A DNA stretch of 64,000 nt from Octopus bimaculoides. Taxonomy: Eukaryota. Below are positions 62,716 through 64,000 of the stretch, in pieces (the stretch's first letter is position 1; each line of letters starts with the position of its first letter). The DNA lies in NCBI RefSeq assembly GCF_001194135.2, contig NC_068988.1, positions 95,294,453 through 95,358,452 on the forward strand. Reading direction: 5' to 3'. The notes under the pieces were generated by a model. That model saw only the letters and a program-made list of their open reading frames with translations. It was not told the origin of the DNA and searched no databases. A program made the translations under genes and the position numbers.

Positions 62716-63409
62716 CATTATTTATATGTATGTATATATATATGTAAATATATCTACGTGTCTGTATATATATATGTATATATGAGCATGCATATATGTA
62801 NNNNNNNNNNNNNNNNNNNNNNNNNNNNNNNNNNNNNNNNNNNNNNNNNNNNNNNNNNNNNNNNNNNNNNNNNNNNNNNNNNNNNNNNNNNNNNNNNNNN
62901 NNNNNNNNNNNNNNNNNNNNNNNNNNNNNNNNNNNNNNNNNNNNNNNNNNNNNNNNNNNNNNNNNNNNNNNNNNNNNNNNNNNNNNNNNNNNNNNNNNNN
63001 NNNNNNNNNNNNNNNNNNNNNNNNNNNNNNNNNNNNNNNNNNNNNNNNNNNNNNNNNNNNNNNNNNNNNNNNNNNNNNNNNNNNNNNNNNNNNNNNNNNN
63101 NNNNNNNNNNNNNNNNNNNNNNNNNNNNNNNNNNNNNNNNNNNNNNNNNNNNNNNNNNNNNNNNNNNNNNNNNNNNNNNNNNNNNNNNNNNNNNNNNNNN
63201 NNNNNNNNNNNNNNNNNNNNNNNNNNNNNNNNNNNNNNNNNNNNNNNNNNNNNNNNNNNNNNNNNNNNNNNNNNNNNNNNNNNNNNNNNNNNNNNNNNNN
63301 NNNNNNNNNNNNNNNNNNNNNNNNNNNNNNNNNNNNNNNNNNNNNNNNNNNNNNNNNNNNNTATGTATATGAGTGTATGTGTGTGTATGTGTATATATAT
63401 ATATACAGT

Positions 63410-63465
63410 GAAGGCGCATGGCTCAGTGGTTAAAGCGTCGAGCTTGCGATCGTGATGTCGAGTTC
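63410..63465 (+). mobile_element. SINE family C head
   Basis: aggcgcatggctcagtggttaaagcgtcgagcttgcgatcgtgatgtcgagttc. Confidence 0.75.
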
Positions 63466-64000
63466 ATTTACAAAACGTACGCATTTACTGATACTTACAT
63501 AGACACATACACACTCAAACACGCACGCACACGCACACACACACACACACACTCAAACACACACACACACACATTCATAATTCTAAACATACACGCTTTA
63601 TAAAGTTACAAATGAGAAGTTTTCATGACCTCTTCGTAAGACTTCGCTGTTTTAGAACCAAACTTCATAGAATACAGAATGTATTCTTCGTGTTTGTTTT
63701 TGCATTCCTTTCGACTTTTACTGCTCATTAATTCGACTTCAAATTAAGTATTTGTAGAATTATTCAAATTTATAATTATTTTCACATAATTCGAGAGACA
63801 CTAATAGCTTAGTCGATTAGGTCATGACAAAAATGGCGGAGCCCGAGACAGTTGGACGTCATCCTGTACCTCACTGGTATCCTATAGGAACCAGTACCAT
63901 ATTGGTATTGTTTGTGATCATGTATCCTAGTGGTATCCCTATAGATTTTCTATAGAATTTTGAGCCAATGCTAAACAGATAAGCTTAAAAGAGATTGTAT

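Overview
AT-rich, microsatellite-dense animal genomic DNA from a gapped assembly. The interspersed repeat families look to me like those of an octopod cephalopod; this is recognition from memory, not a search result. Nearly all entries in the supplied ORF track are artefacts of (TA)n/(TG)n/triplet runs or N gaps. I found no rRNA, intact tRNA, CRISPR array or operon. The window holds: (i) two probable last exons of a + strand gene (50087-50146, 54026-54178); (ii) three tRNA-derived SINE families in many copies; (iii) decayed fragments of Penelope-like elements (RT, GIY-YIG), an RLE-type LINE, and mariner, hAT and pogo-like transposases; (iv) several palindromic MITE-like elements. The least expected signal is about a dozen minimal type I hammerhead-ribozyme motifs from several unrelated repeat families. 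Two of them lie exactly 300 nt apart just downstream of the putative stop codon. Each is defective alone, but together they can on paper rebuild one complete catalytic core. No ribozyme activity or transcription is shown here; these are sequence-based predictions.
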